Below are positions 37,404-47,046 of a DNA stretch of 64,000 nt, piece by piece. The notes below the pieces were generated by a model. It was not told the DNA's origin. It saw only the letters and a program-made list of their open reading frames with translations, and did no database searches. Position 1 is the stretch's first letter. Every line of letters starts with the position of its first letter. Position numbers and translations under genes: made by a program. The DNA comes from Methanoculleus sp. (GTDB taxonomy: Archaea > Halobacteriota > Methanomicrobia > Methanomicrobiales > Methanoculleaceae): positions 255 to 64,254 of the forward strand of contig NZ_JASEFJ010000009.1 in NCBI RefSeq assembly GCF_030019085.1. The letters run 5' to 3'.

Positions 37404-39412
37404 AGGTCATCGTCCAGCCCCAGAAAAGTGCGTACAAACTGCTCTTTGTTGAGGGCGACCGCGTTGAAGGAACGGGTTTCGTAACCCTTACCGCGACCCA
37501 GAAGGGTCAGCGGCCTAAGAACTTCAAGATGCGTCGTCGCGGCAGCAGGCAACCAGCACCCACTCCGACGCGTGACTTTATCGCCATGCTGCGCCGTTCT
37601 ATGGTCCTCCTCGCGGCTGAGAGTCCGGAGTTCGAGTCTTTCCTCTCCGATCTCCAGATCCCTTTTTCACATATCAATATCTGCCGGTTCTGTCAGCTCG
37701 AGGACAGGTTCGTCCCCGTCGATAAGATGGCCGGGGTGCGCTACGGTGGGGAGTGGATCTGCATGGAGTGCGCGAAACGCGAGATGCGTCGCGAACTCGG
37801 CTACATGGGGAGGTTCGGCGGGTCGGTGCTGGTCCACCTCGAGAAACTCCTTGCCCAGGTCCGTGATCTCGACCGTGTGCTGGCATCGGTGGGGCCCGAG
37901 CACCCCGACCGGAAGCGGACACTATTTGACAGGCTTGATGCTCATGAGATCGAGAGGACCCTGCATATCACCGACCTCTCTCTGCCCTCTGCGTTCGTGA
38001 AGGCTGCCGGGGTCGATTACCTGATGCCCGTTCAGCACCTGGCCGTTCAGAGCGGTCTCCTGGAGGGACAGCACCTGCTGGTGGTCTCGGCCACGGCGAG
38101 CGGCAAGACGTTCATCGGGGAGATGGCCGGGATGAAGAACTTCCTGGAGGGGCGGGGGAGGATGCTCTTTCTGGTCCCGCTGGTCGCGCTTGCAAACCAG
38201 AAGTACCAGCGGTTCCGCGACCGATACGGTCACCTTGTCAGAGTAGCCCTCCAGGTTGGGGTCAGTCGTCTCAACCTTCCCGAGACCCGACCGGCAGGGG
38301 ACCGCGACGTCAACGCTCCGGTGGTGGTCGGGACATATGAGGGGATCGACCATCTCCTCAGGACAGGGAAGACTCTTAAAGACATCGGGACGGTCGTGAT
38401 CGATGAGGTCCAGATGCTCGAAGACCCGGAGCGCGGCCACCGCCTCGACGGGCTGATCGCCCGTCTCAAGCATATCGCTCCGGACGCTCAGTTCCTCTAC
38501 CTCTCGGCAACGATCGGGGCTCCGGGGCTGCTTGCGGAGAAACTCGGGGCGAACCTTGTCCGCTACGCCGAGCGCCCGGTTCCGCTTGAGCGTCATCTCA
38601 TATTTATCGAGCGGGAGAAGAAGATCGCGTTCATCAAGCAGATGGTCGCCGAGGAGTACCGGATGCGGTCATCGAAGGGTTACCGGGGACAGACGATAGT
38701 CTTCACCAACTCGCGGGCCCGCTGCCACGTCATCGCTGACGCACTGGGTAAGATGGCCGTGCCATACCACGCGGGGTTGAGCGCCCAGGAGCGGCGGGAG
38801 GTGGAGCGGCGGTTCTCAAAGGGGGAGGTTGCCGCTGTCGTGACCACCGCAGCGCTTGCCGCCGGTGTGGATTTCCCGGCGTCCCAGGTGATCTTTGATG
38901 CGCTTGCGATGGGGATCCAGTGGCTCACCGTCCAGGAGTTCTACCAGATGATGGGCCGGGCGGGTCGACCGGACTTCCACGACCTCGGCCGGGTGGTCAT
39001 CCTGGCGGAGCCCGGCGGGTCTTACTCCCGAACGTCCGGGAAGACTGAGGAGGAGGTTGCCATCGCCCTCCTGCGGGGCGAGATGGAGGAGGTGGCGCCG
39101 GAGTATGACCTGGAGCAGAGCACGGAGGAGTTCGTTGCAAACGCCGTTGTATGCGGCGGCGATGAGCAGCAGATCATCCGGATGAACCGCATGATGGTCG
39201 GGACGCTGGAACCCGCTCTCCCGACGCTCCTCGACTACGGGCTGGTCAGGCGGCGGGGAGGGCGAATCGAACTCACCGATATGGCCCGGGTGATGGCAGA
39301 GCACTTCATCGGCGCCGAAAGGTTGATCGGGATCAGGGACCTTGTCCGGCGGATGGACGATGCGGCCGGGATCGTGGCAGAACTTGAGTGTGCCACCGAG
39401 GATGAGCGGTAG
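37400..39412 (+). CDS. Archaea-specific superfamily II DEAD/DEAH helicase (COG1202-like) with N-terminal Cys4 zinc ribbon
   Basis: 670 aa with Walker A SATASGKT, DEVQ and SAT motifs, plus CRFC...CMEC upstream. ATGA overlap with the preceding gene. Confidence 0.85.
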   Translation: MKVIVQPQKSAYKLLFVEGDRVEGTGFVTLTATQKGQRPKNFKMRRRGSRQPAPTPTRDFIAMLRRSMVLLAAESPEFESFLSDLQIPFSHINICRFCQLEDRFVPVDKMAGVRYGGEWICMECAKREMRRELGYMGRFGGSVLVHLEKLLAQVRDLDRVLASVGPEHPDRKRTLFDRLDAHEIERTLHITDLSLPSAFVKAAGVDYLMPVQHLAVQSGLLEGQHLLVVSATASGKTFIGEMAGMKNFLEGRGRMLFLVPLVALANQKYQRFRDRYGHLVRVALQVGVSRLNLPETRPAGDRDVNAPVVVGTYEGIDHLLRTGKTLKDIGTVVIDEVQMLEDPERGHRLDGLIARLKHIAPDAQFLYLSATIGAPGLLAEKLGANLVRYAERPVPLERHLIFIEREKKIAFIKQMVAEEYRMRSSKGYRGQTIVFTNSRARCHVIADALGKMAVPYHAGLSAQERREVERRFSKGEVAAVVTTAALAAGVDFPASQVIFDALAMGIQWLTVQEFYQMMGRAGRPDFHDLGRVVILAEPGGSYSRTSGKTEEEVAIALLRGEMEEVAPEYDLEQSTEEFVANAVVCGGDEQQIIRMNRMMVGTLEPALPTLLDYGLVRRRGGRIELTDMARVMAEHFIGAERLIGIRDLVRRMDDAAGIVAELECATEDER

Positions 39413-39439
39413 TCTATCGGATTGCGTTCCGTTCGGAGG

Positions 39440-39610
39440 TTGTCATCCGGGGAAGAGGGTGCCCCATGAGAGAGGAGGGGGTGTTCCGCTGCCGGTTGGC
39501 GATTTTTTCCATGGATCCCGTCTCCGGGAGTGCTTCTCCCATCACAGCGAGACCCTCCCCGGCACGGCTTCCCACCACCAATCGCCGCATACTTGCCCGA
39601 CCCCCTGTGG
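39440..39610 (+). repeat. GC-rich intergenic repeat module, copy R3
   Basis: Blocks are CCGGGGAAGAGGGT (39447), CCCATGAGAG (39463), GTTCCGC (39483), GGCGATT (39498), TCCGGGAG (39523), GCACGGC (39562) and CCAATCGCC (39578). Confidence 0.65.
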
Positions 39611-39736
39611 GTGGTGTCCAGAGCAAAAGGCGTTATACATGAGGCTCGCAGGGGGGGGTGATGTGAAACTCCCGTTCCTCACATCCACAACTCTCCCCGA
39701 CGACTCAACCTCCATCCCGGCGTCTGATTGAGGCTA

Positions 39737-40957
39737 TTAGCGTGGGTCGTTTGAGGTCTGGCCAGCCATCATCCCGGAGTTCTGTCCGTTGTTTGCCTCG
39801 CCCCCGGTCTTCTGCATCATCACCGTAAAGACCGCTGTCCCGAGGAGGCTTATCGCGCCGGCTGCGTAGAACACGGCATCTATACCGATGTAGTCCATGA
39901 ACAGACCTCCCATCAACGGGGCTATGATCGTACCTATCCCGAAGATGGTGTTGTAGGCGCCCATCGATGTTCCCATCCCCAGCGTCCGGCCGGCATCGAC
40001 CGTAAGGGCCATGATCGACGGCTGCTGGATTGCGCCCCCCACACCGATCAGCGAGGTCACCACGAGCAGTTGCCAGAAGGAGCCTGAGAAGGGAATTATG
40101 GCAAGTGCAATCGCTGCTATGGCCGATCCCACAACGATCAGGGCGATCTTGTTCCCCCTGTCTGTGAGCCTCCCCACCGGCACCTGAAGCAGCGCCATGA
40201 TGAAGGTGTTCACGGAGAGGATGACGCCCACACTGGAAGGGCTGAGCGCGATCAGCGGAGCAAAGACCGGGATGAAGACCATCGTTCCCCCACGGCCGAG
40301 AGCGCTGATGAACGTGAAGACCATGACACCCCGCATGATCGGCAGCCTGAAGATCTCACTGATCGGGGCAGGCTCCACCTCCGCGATCGTGGATGAAGCC
40401 CGCCTGGCCTCCGGCAGGTACATGGCGACCAGGACTGTGGCAAACACCGAGAGCGCGGCCATGGTGTAGAAGACCGAATCCATCCCGAAAGCGTCGTTGA
40501 GGAAACCGCCAAGGAGCGGACCTACGCCCATGCCGAGGAACATCGATATGGAGAAGTTCCCCATATAACTCCCTTCCGTTCCCCGCTCTGAGAGGTCGGC
40601 GATGTAGGCCATTGCTATCGGGACGACCATCGCTGAGGCGATCCCGTGGGCGAATCGGACGACCGTGAGGGAGTATACGCTCCCGGCGATGACGTAGGCG
40701 AGGGAGAGGACGGCGTATGCAAACATGCCTATGAGGATGATCCACTTCCTGCCCTGGCGGTCGGAGATCCTCCCGATGATCGGCATGAAGATCGACCTGG
40801 AGAGCGCGAAGGCCGAGAAGATTATCCCGAGCCAGATCCCGGTCGCACCCAGGTTCTCCGCGTATATGGGGAGGAGCGGGCTGACTACGCCAAGCCCGAG
40901 CATCGTGGCGAAGACGGAGATGAATAAAACATTGTATATGCGTCTGGCTGTTTTCAT
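39737..40957 (-). CDS. MFS transporter
   Basis: 406 aa, 12 TM, with a GRISDRQGRK loop motif. Confidence 0.85.
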   Translation of the reverse strand: MKTARRIYNVLFISVFATMLGLGVVSPLLPIYAENLGATGIWLGIIFSAFALSRSIFMPIIGRISDRQGRKWIILIGMFAYAVLSLAYVIAGSVYSLTVVRFAHGIASAMVVPIAMAYIADLSERGTEGSYMGNFSISMFLGMGVGPLLGGFLNDAFGMDSVFYTMAALSVFATVLVAMYLPEARRASSTIAEVEPAPISEIFRLPIMRGVMVFTFISALGRGGTMVFIPVFAPLIALSPSSVGVILSVNTFIMALLQVPVGRLTDRGNKIALIVVGSAIAAIALAIIPFSGSFWQLLVVTSLIGVGGAIQQPSIMALTVDAGRTLGMGTSMGAYNTIFGIGTIIAPLMGGLFMDYIGIDAVFYAAGAISLLGTAVFTVMMQKTGGEANNGQNSGMMAGQTSNDPR

Positions 40958-41074
40958 GCAGTTTTACACCGAGATTTTGTTTAAGACCACAGTCTCTATC
41001 CTGTGGCTGAAAATTAAAGTTGCAGTAAAGGTGTTTGGTGGATCTACACCATATACGTTTAGATCCTTGCAGGT

Positions 41075-41905
41075 TCAGTCACGGCGTGAAACGCAGCACC
41101 ATCGGTCGTAGAGCGGGTCACGCTGGTTCTCAAAGACCTCAGTATCCCGTCCGGCGCACCACGACTCCACCATGGCCGCCTCCTCCTCCGTGCCGAGGGT
41201 GATCAGCGTCTCGTCGGTGAGGTCAAGGAGGGTGGTTATGATATCTCTCCAGAGGCTCGCGTTGTAAGGGTAGATCTCCCCGGCCATGAGAATGATACCA
41301 AGAGGAGCGGGTGCAACGTAGCGGTCGGCCTCCCGCGCGTCGATACAGATGGTATCGGGCGGGAGGAGACGCCCCTTCGAGAGGCCGAGTGCCAAGAGTG
41401 CCGGGTCGTTGTCGTAGGCGAGCGTACGCAGACCGCCAGCCCGGAGCGCTGCGGTACCGACCCCGGAGCCACAGCAGCAGTCAAGGCAGAGTTCCCCGCT
41501 CCGGTCGCCCCAGACCTCCTGGAGGAGGTCGTGGATATACTCTATCCGGTCAGGGCGAAGGTCTTCCAGGGCGGGTGATGTCGTATCCAGGAGTTCCATG
41601 CTGTAGTATTCGCGGACGGCTCTCGCCCAGGTCTCCCGTCTCTCCTGGTAGATCTCCCCGTCGATCGCCTCGAAATACTCTATGACGGCAAGGGTCGGGT
41701 CACGGTAGAGGAACGAGGCGGCGTGCCAGCCTCTCTCGTCGTGGAGCGCAAGCGCGATCACCTCCTCGTCCTCGTCGACCAGGAGACGGCCTTCGTCCGC
41801 CCGGATCTGGAGCAGGTAATCTGTGCAGGAATCAAGCGTCAGGTCCGCAAAAGAGGGCTCTATGAGCCTGCAACCCTCGACCTCAAGTATCTCCGCAACC
41901 CTCAT
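41075..41905 (-). CDS. Class I SAM-dependent methyltransferase with unassigned N-terminal domain
   Basis: 276 aa with motif I LDCCCGSGVGTAAL and a following acidic residue (AYDND). Confidence 0.7.
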   Translation of the reverse strand: MRVAEILEVEGCRLIEPSFADLTLDSCTDYLLQIRADEGRLLVDEDEEVIALALHDERGWHAASFLYRDPTLAVIEYFEAIDGEIYQERRETWARAVREYYSMELLDTTSPALEDLRPDRIEYIHDLLQEVWGDRSGELCLDCCCGSGVGTAALRAGGLRTLAYDNDPALLALGLSKGRLLPPDTICIDAREADRYVAPAPLGIILMAGEIYPYNASLWRDIITTLLDLTDETLITLGTEEEAAMVESWCAGRDTEVFENQRDPLYDRWCCVSRRD

Positions 41906-42756
41906 GCCGGCCCCCTCTCGATCTTCAATCCGCCAGGCGCCCGGATAACCCCATCGATACGGGCGTCCTCGTGCAGCGTGAGACGGCGGCAGGATACGTT
42001 TCCAAGGATGTGCGCACCCTCTTCTATCGTCAGATCACCGTCGCTCTGGAGATCCCCGTGTATGACCGAACCTCTCGCGATGTTCCCGTCTTCTCGAAGG
42101 CTGACGCTCCCGAATATGGTCGTATCCTCCCTGACCACGATCGAACCGGCACGGATGTTCCCGTGCAACCGGCATCCCGAGCCGATGACCATCCTCTCCG
42201 GGACGGAGAAGGTCTGCATATCCAGGACGGAACCGCCGGGGATCATAAGCGGGGTTGCGGCAGGGGTCTCATCATCATCGTCGCCGAAGATCTTTTCCAG
42301 GACTGAACCCAGTTCGTCCTCTCTCTCGATCCCGAGTATCGCCACCAGGTACATCACGATGTAGATTATGACCGGCATGGGGTTGCGGATGGAGATCCAG
42401 CCTTTCGCCTCAAATCCGCGCTCTATCTGGACGTTGTCCCCTATGTCCAGGTCGCCCCTGACGACCAGTTTGCCAAGGATCTTTACCCCTTCCCCGAGGT
42501 AAGCGTCCTCATCCACGATAACGTCGCCGTTGACCTCACACCAGTTATCGATCCTGGCATCGCCTGCCGCAACGATGCTGCCGTTGATCCTGCTGAACTC
42601 ACAGACCACGACATCCTTTCCCGAGAGACCGTAATCGATCCGGCATTTCTCGCCGACTATGATGTCCTGCTCGGTCTTGAGCATCCTCTCCTGGAGTTCG
42701 GTGTGGTCCGGGAGGGTGCAGCCCCTGAGCCGGTCGTGGTCTACCCTGGTCTCCAT
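41902..42756 (-). CDS. Bactofilin-like (polymer-forming, beta-helical repeat) protein with central TM helix
   Basis: 284 aa. Two blocks of short G-x-[IV] beta-helix-type repeats flank the hydrophobic PMPVIIYIVMYLVAILGI and an acidic linker (GDDDDE). Confidence 0.6.
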   Translation of the reverse strand: METRVDHDRLRGCTLPDHTELQERMLKTEQDIIVGEKCRIDYGLSGKDVVVCEFSRINGSIVAAGDARIDNWCEVNGDVIVDEDAYLGEGVKILGKLVVRGDLDIGDNVQIERGFEAKGWISIRNPMPVIIYIVMYLVAILGIEREDELGSVLEKIFGDDDDETPAATPLMIPGGSVLDMQTFSVPERMVIGSGCRLHGNIRAGSIVVREDTTIFGSVSLREDGNIARGSVIHGDLQSDGDLTIEEGAHILGNVSCRRLTLHEDARIDGVIRAPGGLKIERGPA

Positions 42757-42772
42757 TTACTCAGTATGATCT

Positions 42773-44008
42773 TCATGCGCCATACTTATGACTCTTATTG
42801 ATTAGGTCCATGACGATCGGCATGAGATCGCAGCCGCGGATACGGTGCAATCCTCCCTCCGCAGACGAGACCTCATCGAACTGTCTGACACGGTCAACCC
42901 GGACGCCGGGACCGCGTATGACGACCGGCACCGGGTCGGCGCTGTGGTCCCTGACAGAGCAGGGCGTGCTGTGGTCGGCGCAGACCACTATCAGGGTGTC
43001 GTCGAGACCGAGCAGCGGTTCGAGAGCCGCATCGATAACCTCTATGAAATCCCGTTTCTGGGCGGCGTTTCCGTCGTGACCGGCCTCGTCTGCGCCCTTG
43101 ATGTTCATAAGGACGAAGTCTTTACGGCCGAGTTCCCCTATCGCTGCCCGCACCTTGGCGCCCACATCGGAGTTGACCGATCCGGTCGTTCCCGGCACCG
43201 GGATGTGTTCGAGCCCCACGACCTTCCCGATCCCCACGATCAGGGTGGCCGCCGCGATCACGCTCCCGGAAAGCCCGTAACGTTCGGAGAACTGCGGGAA
43301 CCTGCCCATCTTTCCAGCGCCTCGGATCAGGAGGTAGTTTGCGGGTGGCAGCCCTTCCTTCATCCGCTGGATGTTGATGGGGTGGTGGTAGAGGATCTTT
43401 GCCGACTGGCGGATGAACTCGTTACAGGCGCGGGCGGTCTTTGCGTCGGCGGGGTCGTCGGTGCAGGCCCGGATCTCTGGTGGGCGAACACCCTCCTTCT
43501 TTGGGTCGTTCGAGGAGACCTTATCTCCGAGTTCATCCCCGATAAGGGCCAGGGCAGCCCGGTGGCCGGCGCCGGAGTTGAACCGGAACTCAAGACCCAG
43601 GGCTGATAGGTCGACGCTATCCTGGATCGCCTCCGCGAGGGGTTTCGTCCCGGAGATCCTCCCTGCCCGCCGGTCGGTGACCAGACCGTTCTCGTCGACG
43701 GTGGCGAAGTTGCAGCGGAACCCGATCATCCCGGCGGTCATGTGGATCCCGGTTCCCTCGGCCTCGAGCGGTCCGCGGCCGGTGTAGTGGTCCTGAGGTG
43801 GATAGCCGAGCAGCGAAAGGTGGGAGGTGTCGGAACCGGGGCGTATGCCGGGGGATATGGTGTCCATGATCCCGCATATCCCTTCTGCGGCGATCCTGTC
43901 GAGAACGGGTGTTCTTGCAGCGGCAAGCGGTGTTTTCCCGTCAAGCGCTTCACAGGGGCGGTCTGAGATCCCGTCCAGTACCAGGAATAGAACCTTCTGG
44001 GCAATCAT
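42773..44008 (-). CDS. apgM: 2,3-bisphosphoglycerate-independent phosphoglycerate mutase, archaeal type
   Basis: 411 aa with LVLDGISD, DEAGHDG and ADHSTP motifs. Confidence 0.9.
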   Translation of the reverse strand: MIAQKVLFLVLDGISDRPCEALDGKTPLAAARTPVLDRIAAEGICGIMDTISPGIRPGSDTSHLSLLGYPPQDHYTGRGPLEAEGTGIHMTAGMIGFRCNFATVDENGLVTDRRAGRISGTKPLAEAIQDSVDLSALGLEFRFNSGAGHRAALALIGDELGDKVSSNDPKKEGVRPPEIRACTDDPADAKTARACNEFIRQSAKILYHHPINIQRMKEGLPPANYLLIRGAGKMGRFPQFSERYGLSGSVIAAATLIVGIGKVVGLEHIPVPGTTGSVNSDVGAKVRAAIGELGRKDFVLMNIKGADEAGHDGNAAQKRDFIEVIDAALEPLLGLDDTLIVVCADHSTPCSVRDHSADPVPVVIRGPGVRVDRVRQFDEVSSAEGGLHRIRGCDLMPIVMDLINKSHKYGA

Positions 44009-44096
44009 AATGAAGAGATGTAATCTAAAACCTGATTACTTTACTCTTGCCGGTGGCCCATCCCCGGTTGTGGCAAAATAAGGTGAGCAGAGGGGC

Positions 44097-44690
44097 TTAT
44101 ACAGCCGCAATCTGCTCCAGTTTTGATTTTGTGATCTCGACCCGGCGCATCGGGTAGATCGTCTTTACAACCTTGAAGATGTCCCGGGCGAGGTCGCCGG
44201 AGACGATGTCCTTTACCAGGGTATCGAAATCGCTCTCTGCTGCCCTTGCGGTGAGTATCTGTGTGACCGCCTGGCGGATGGCGTGGACCTGGCTCTGGTC
44301 GGCCCTTGTGAGGGTGAGGCAGACGACCGTAACCCGGAGGAGTTTGCCGTCCTTCGTGAGTAGTGGGAGGATGGTATCGATGCGGGATGTCCGCCGCTTG
44401 ACCATCGACCGCAGGTAGTCGCGGGTCACTTCGTGCCCGACGAACTCGGTGTAGGCAGCGTCGCCGGCCACGTTGTTGATCTTGAACCTCATCTTGATGT
44501 GAGACTTTGAGTAGTCCTGTGCGACCTCACCGAGGGTGGTGGTCATGACGCGACCGATCATGTTCTCGGGGTCGGCCGAGATGGTGTCGCCGATCTCGAC
44601 TTTGCCAAAGGTCTCTGGTACGTAGACACGGTACCACTTCTTGGCTTTCCAGCCTTCAAGCCTTCTTCCAGCCTGTTTCTTCTTTGCCAT
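44097..44690 (-). CDS. rps3ae: 30S ribosomal protein S3Ae (eS1)
   Basis: 197 aa beginning MAKKKQAGRRLEGWKAKKWY. Confidence 0.95.
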   Translation of the reverse strand: MAKKKQAGRRLEGWKAKKWYRVYVPETFGKVEIGDTISADPENMIGRVMTTTLGEVAQDYSKSHIKMRFKINNVAGDAAYTEFVGHEVTRDYLRSMVKRRTSRIDTILPLLTKDGKLLRVTVVCLTLTRADQSQVHAIRQAVTQILTARAAESDFDTLVKDIVSGDLARDIFKVVKTIYPMRRVEITKSKLEQIAAV

Positions 44691-44703
44691 GGTATCACTT
44701 CTT

Positions 44704-44979
44704 CTATAGGTTTTTCATCCCTTTTGAGCCTGAATTCACTTCCTGACCCTTTCGTTGCCGCATGCCGGCGTTGCAGACTTCATCTGCTATTGCCAGGTTC
44801 ATGAGGTAGTCATCCACCGTTGCGATGATCGACCGGAGTCTGGTTCCATCCACCTCTGCACGCACTCCTTCCCCGGTTGCGACCGTCCTGATGAGGGTGA
44901 GGTTGTCGGGTTCGAGCGCCGCGGCCACGCACGCGGGGTGGTTGTGCTGCGTCTCGATCACTCCCCTGACCCGGATCAT
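44704..44979 (-). CDS. pcc1: KEOPS complex subunit Pcc1-like
   Basis: 91 aa with the pattern AALEPDN...LRSIIATVDDYL. Has a 4-nt overlap with the recJ-like gene. Confidence 0.6.
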   Translation of the reverse strand: MIRVRGVIETQHNHPACVAAALEPDNLTLIRTVATGEGVRAEVDGTRLRSIIATVDDYLMNLAIADEVCNAGMRQRKGQEVNSGSKGMKNL

Positions 44980-46193
44980 GCGAGGATCGCCTCCAGGAGG
45001 TCGTGTCTGAACCGGTCTACCTCAGCGGCGCTGATCCGGGCTCCGGCCCTGTGTCGGTGGCCGCCGCCGTGGCCGCCGGATGCCCGGGCAACCGTCCGCA
45101 TGAGCGCGTCCAGGTCGAGGTCGACGCCCGGCGGGCAGCGTGCTGAGATTGAGCAGTGGTCGCCGCCCATGCCTATGACGAAGACGGGACCGTCCTGGTC
45201 AAGGTCTCGGGCGAGAACATCCGCGACGTCGCTTGCGACGCTCTCGTCGTCCACCTCATAGAGGGCGGCGCGCTCGTCCAGGCGCCGCGCTCCGCGGACG
45301 CCCGCGATGACCGACTGCCGGTATCGAGCGGTGATCTCCCGGGCTTCCTGGAGCGCGTGGCTCGAGCGGAGACAGAGTGATGCGCCTATATCGCCTTTCC
45401 CGGCCTTCCCACAGGCGTCGACGACGGCGGTGAGGTCACCTGCGTCGTCGATCACCTCGCGGCCAAGGCTGTAGGTGATCCCCCAGAGGCTGCAGAGGGC
45501 GGTGACTGATGCTTCCCTGGCTGCTTTGAGGACGATCCGGGATAGGAGCATCTCCATATCGACTTCGTCTTCATCGGTGACCGCTGCGACCAGTGTGCGG
45601 GCGGCGTCCGGTTCGCCGGAGAGCCCGGGTAGGTAGGGGTCGATGGAGAGCGCGATCTGTTCGACGAGCCCTCTGCCGGCGAGGAGGAGGCCGCGACCGG
45701 GCGTGATGAACCCGTTTGCGATCCCTTCGTTTGCGATCTCCCGGTTCGGGCCCTTGAGGGCCTGGTCGTCGCCGAGGACCCCGAGGAGTGCGAGCCCGGC
45801 GAGATCACGGTTGTCCCCCATCTTCTGGGCGACAAGGTATGCGGCGCCGGCCGCTGAGAGGTTCAGGTCGCCGTCGATCCCGGCGAGGTGCGGGTTGACG
45901 TGGAGTTCGCCCTCGAAACGGGGCTGGTGGTGGTCGACCACCATCACGTCGTCTGGCAGGTCCGGAAGTGCCGATCCAAAGTCGCATAACAGCACGCTGC
46001 AGTCACGCGGTATATCGGCCGCGGTGATGTGGTGGCGGATCCTCAGTCTGAACCGTCCGCCTGCGCGGAACATGGCGTGACAGAGGATGGATGCGGCGGC
46101 TATGCCGTCTGCATCGTGGTGTGCCAGCACCTCCACGAACTCCTGTTCGAGCAGGTGGCTGGCCAGGGTTGCAGCAGCGGTGTCAAGCGACAT
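44976..46193 (-). CDS. RecJ-like DHH/DHHA1 phosphoesterase (archaeal RecJ/GAN family)
   Basis: 405 aa with HHDADGIAA, VVDHH and GGGHRHRAGA motifs. Conserved neighbourhood with S15 and S3Ae. Confidence 0.8.
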   Translation of the reverse strand: MSLDTAAATLASHLLEQEFVEVLAHHDADGIAAASILCHAMFRAGGRFRLRIRHHITAADIPRDCSVLLCDFGSALPDLPDDVMVVDHHQPRFEGELHVNPHLAGIDGDLNLSAAGAAYLVAQKMGDNRDLAGLALLGVLGDDQALKGPNREIANEGIANGFITPGRGLLLAGRGLVEQIALSIDPYLPGLSGEPDAARTLVAAVTDEDEVDMEMLLSRIVLKAAREASVTALCSLWGITYSLGREVIDDAGDLTAVVDACGKAGKGDIGASLCLRSSHALQEAREITARYRQSVIAGVRGARRLDERAALYEVDDESVASDVADVLARDLDQDGPVFVIGMGGDHCSISARCPPGVDLDLDALMRTVARASGGHGGGHRHRAGARISAAEVDRFRHDLLEAILA

Positions 46194-46200
46194 GGGTCGA

Positions 46201-46659
46201 TCAGCGGGTGAGCAGAATCTCCGCGGTCTCCGGTTTGTATGTCCAGTTGGCCGGTAACCGGCCGGTTTTGACGTAGTACTTTACCAGCCTGCGGACCTTG
46301 GACTCGGCGATCTGAAGCTGCCTGAGGTTGTGGTAGTCCTTCTTGTTTTCCGCGAGGTGTTTCCTGAGCCTGAGCGCCTTCTGCATCAGGTTCCGGAGGT
46401 CCTCGGGGATCTCAGATTCAAGACCGTTTTCACGGAGAATCTCGGTTATACGTTTGCCTGTGGCGAGCTTGACGTCAGGGACGGCGTGTCTGTCACGCAG
46501 GACAAGCCCGATCTGGCTGGCCGAGAGGCCATCTTTGCGGAGCTCGATTATGAGTCTCTCGATCTCCGCTACATCCGTGTTTGACCACTCGGGCGCTTCT
46601 TTACGATAGGGGCGGACTGAACCGCTGGTTCCCCGACGCCGAGCGTACATTCTTGCCAT
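46201..46659 (-). CDS. rps15: 30S ribosomal protein S15 (uS15/S13e)
   Basis: 152 aa beginning MARMYARRRGTSGS. A GGAGGTG lies upstream of the ATG. Confidence 0.95.
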   Translation of the reverse strand: MARMYARRRGTSGSVRPYRKEAPEWSNTDVAEIERLIIELRKDGLSASQIGLVLRDRHAVPDVKLATGKRITEILRENGLESEIPEDLRNLMQKALRLRKHLAENKKDYHNLRQLQIAESKVRRLVKYYVKTGRLPANWTYKPETAEILLTR

Positions 46660-46866
46660 TCATGCACCTCCGTTAGGTATAACTATGTAAGTCCAGAAAA
46701 GAGTCCGTTTCCTGACTAATCTCTGTAATCCCGAGCCCTTGCGGGCAGTGCTTCCGGGAGCACGTCGGACTTACCATAGCCAGCACATACAGTGCTCTAC
46801 TTTATTTACCTGGAAGAATCTTAAGGGTATCGGCCTCTGCCGGGGCCGGGCGTCGTGGTGGAGCCC

Positions 46867-46876
46867 AATATTTATC
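46867..46876 (+). promoter_or_regulatory. Putative TATA box for tRNA-Gly
   Basis: AATATTTATC is centred about 37 nt upstream of the tRNA 5' end. Confidence 0.45.
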
Positions 46877-46907
46877 TGCTTTCAGGGCAAGATCTGGTAA
46901 CACAGAT

Positions 46908-46978
46908 GCGATAGTAGTCTAGCGGTAGGACAGGGGCTTCCCAAGCCTCTAGCCCGGGTTCGATTCCCGGCTATCGCA
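46908..46978 (+). tRNA. tRNA-Gly (anticodon CCC)
   Basis: Sequence reads GCGATAG TA GTCTAGCGGTAGGAC A GGGGC TTCCCAA GCCTC TAGC CCGGG TTCGATT CCCGG CTATCGC A. A cloverleaf folds, and there is no intron and no encoded CCA. Confidence 0.9.
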
Positions 46979-47046
46979 TTCTGTTTTTGGTGTGATCGTT
47001 CTGGTGCGAGATGGGCCCTGCATTTACGTCTGTGCCCACGTGGTCT

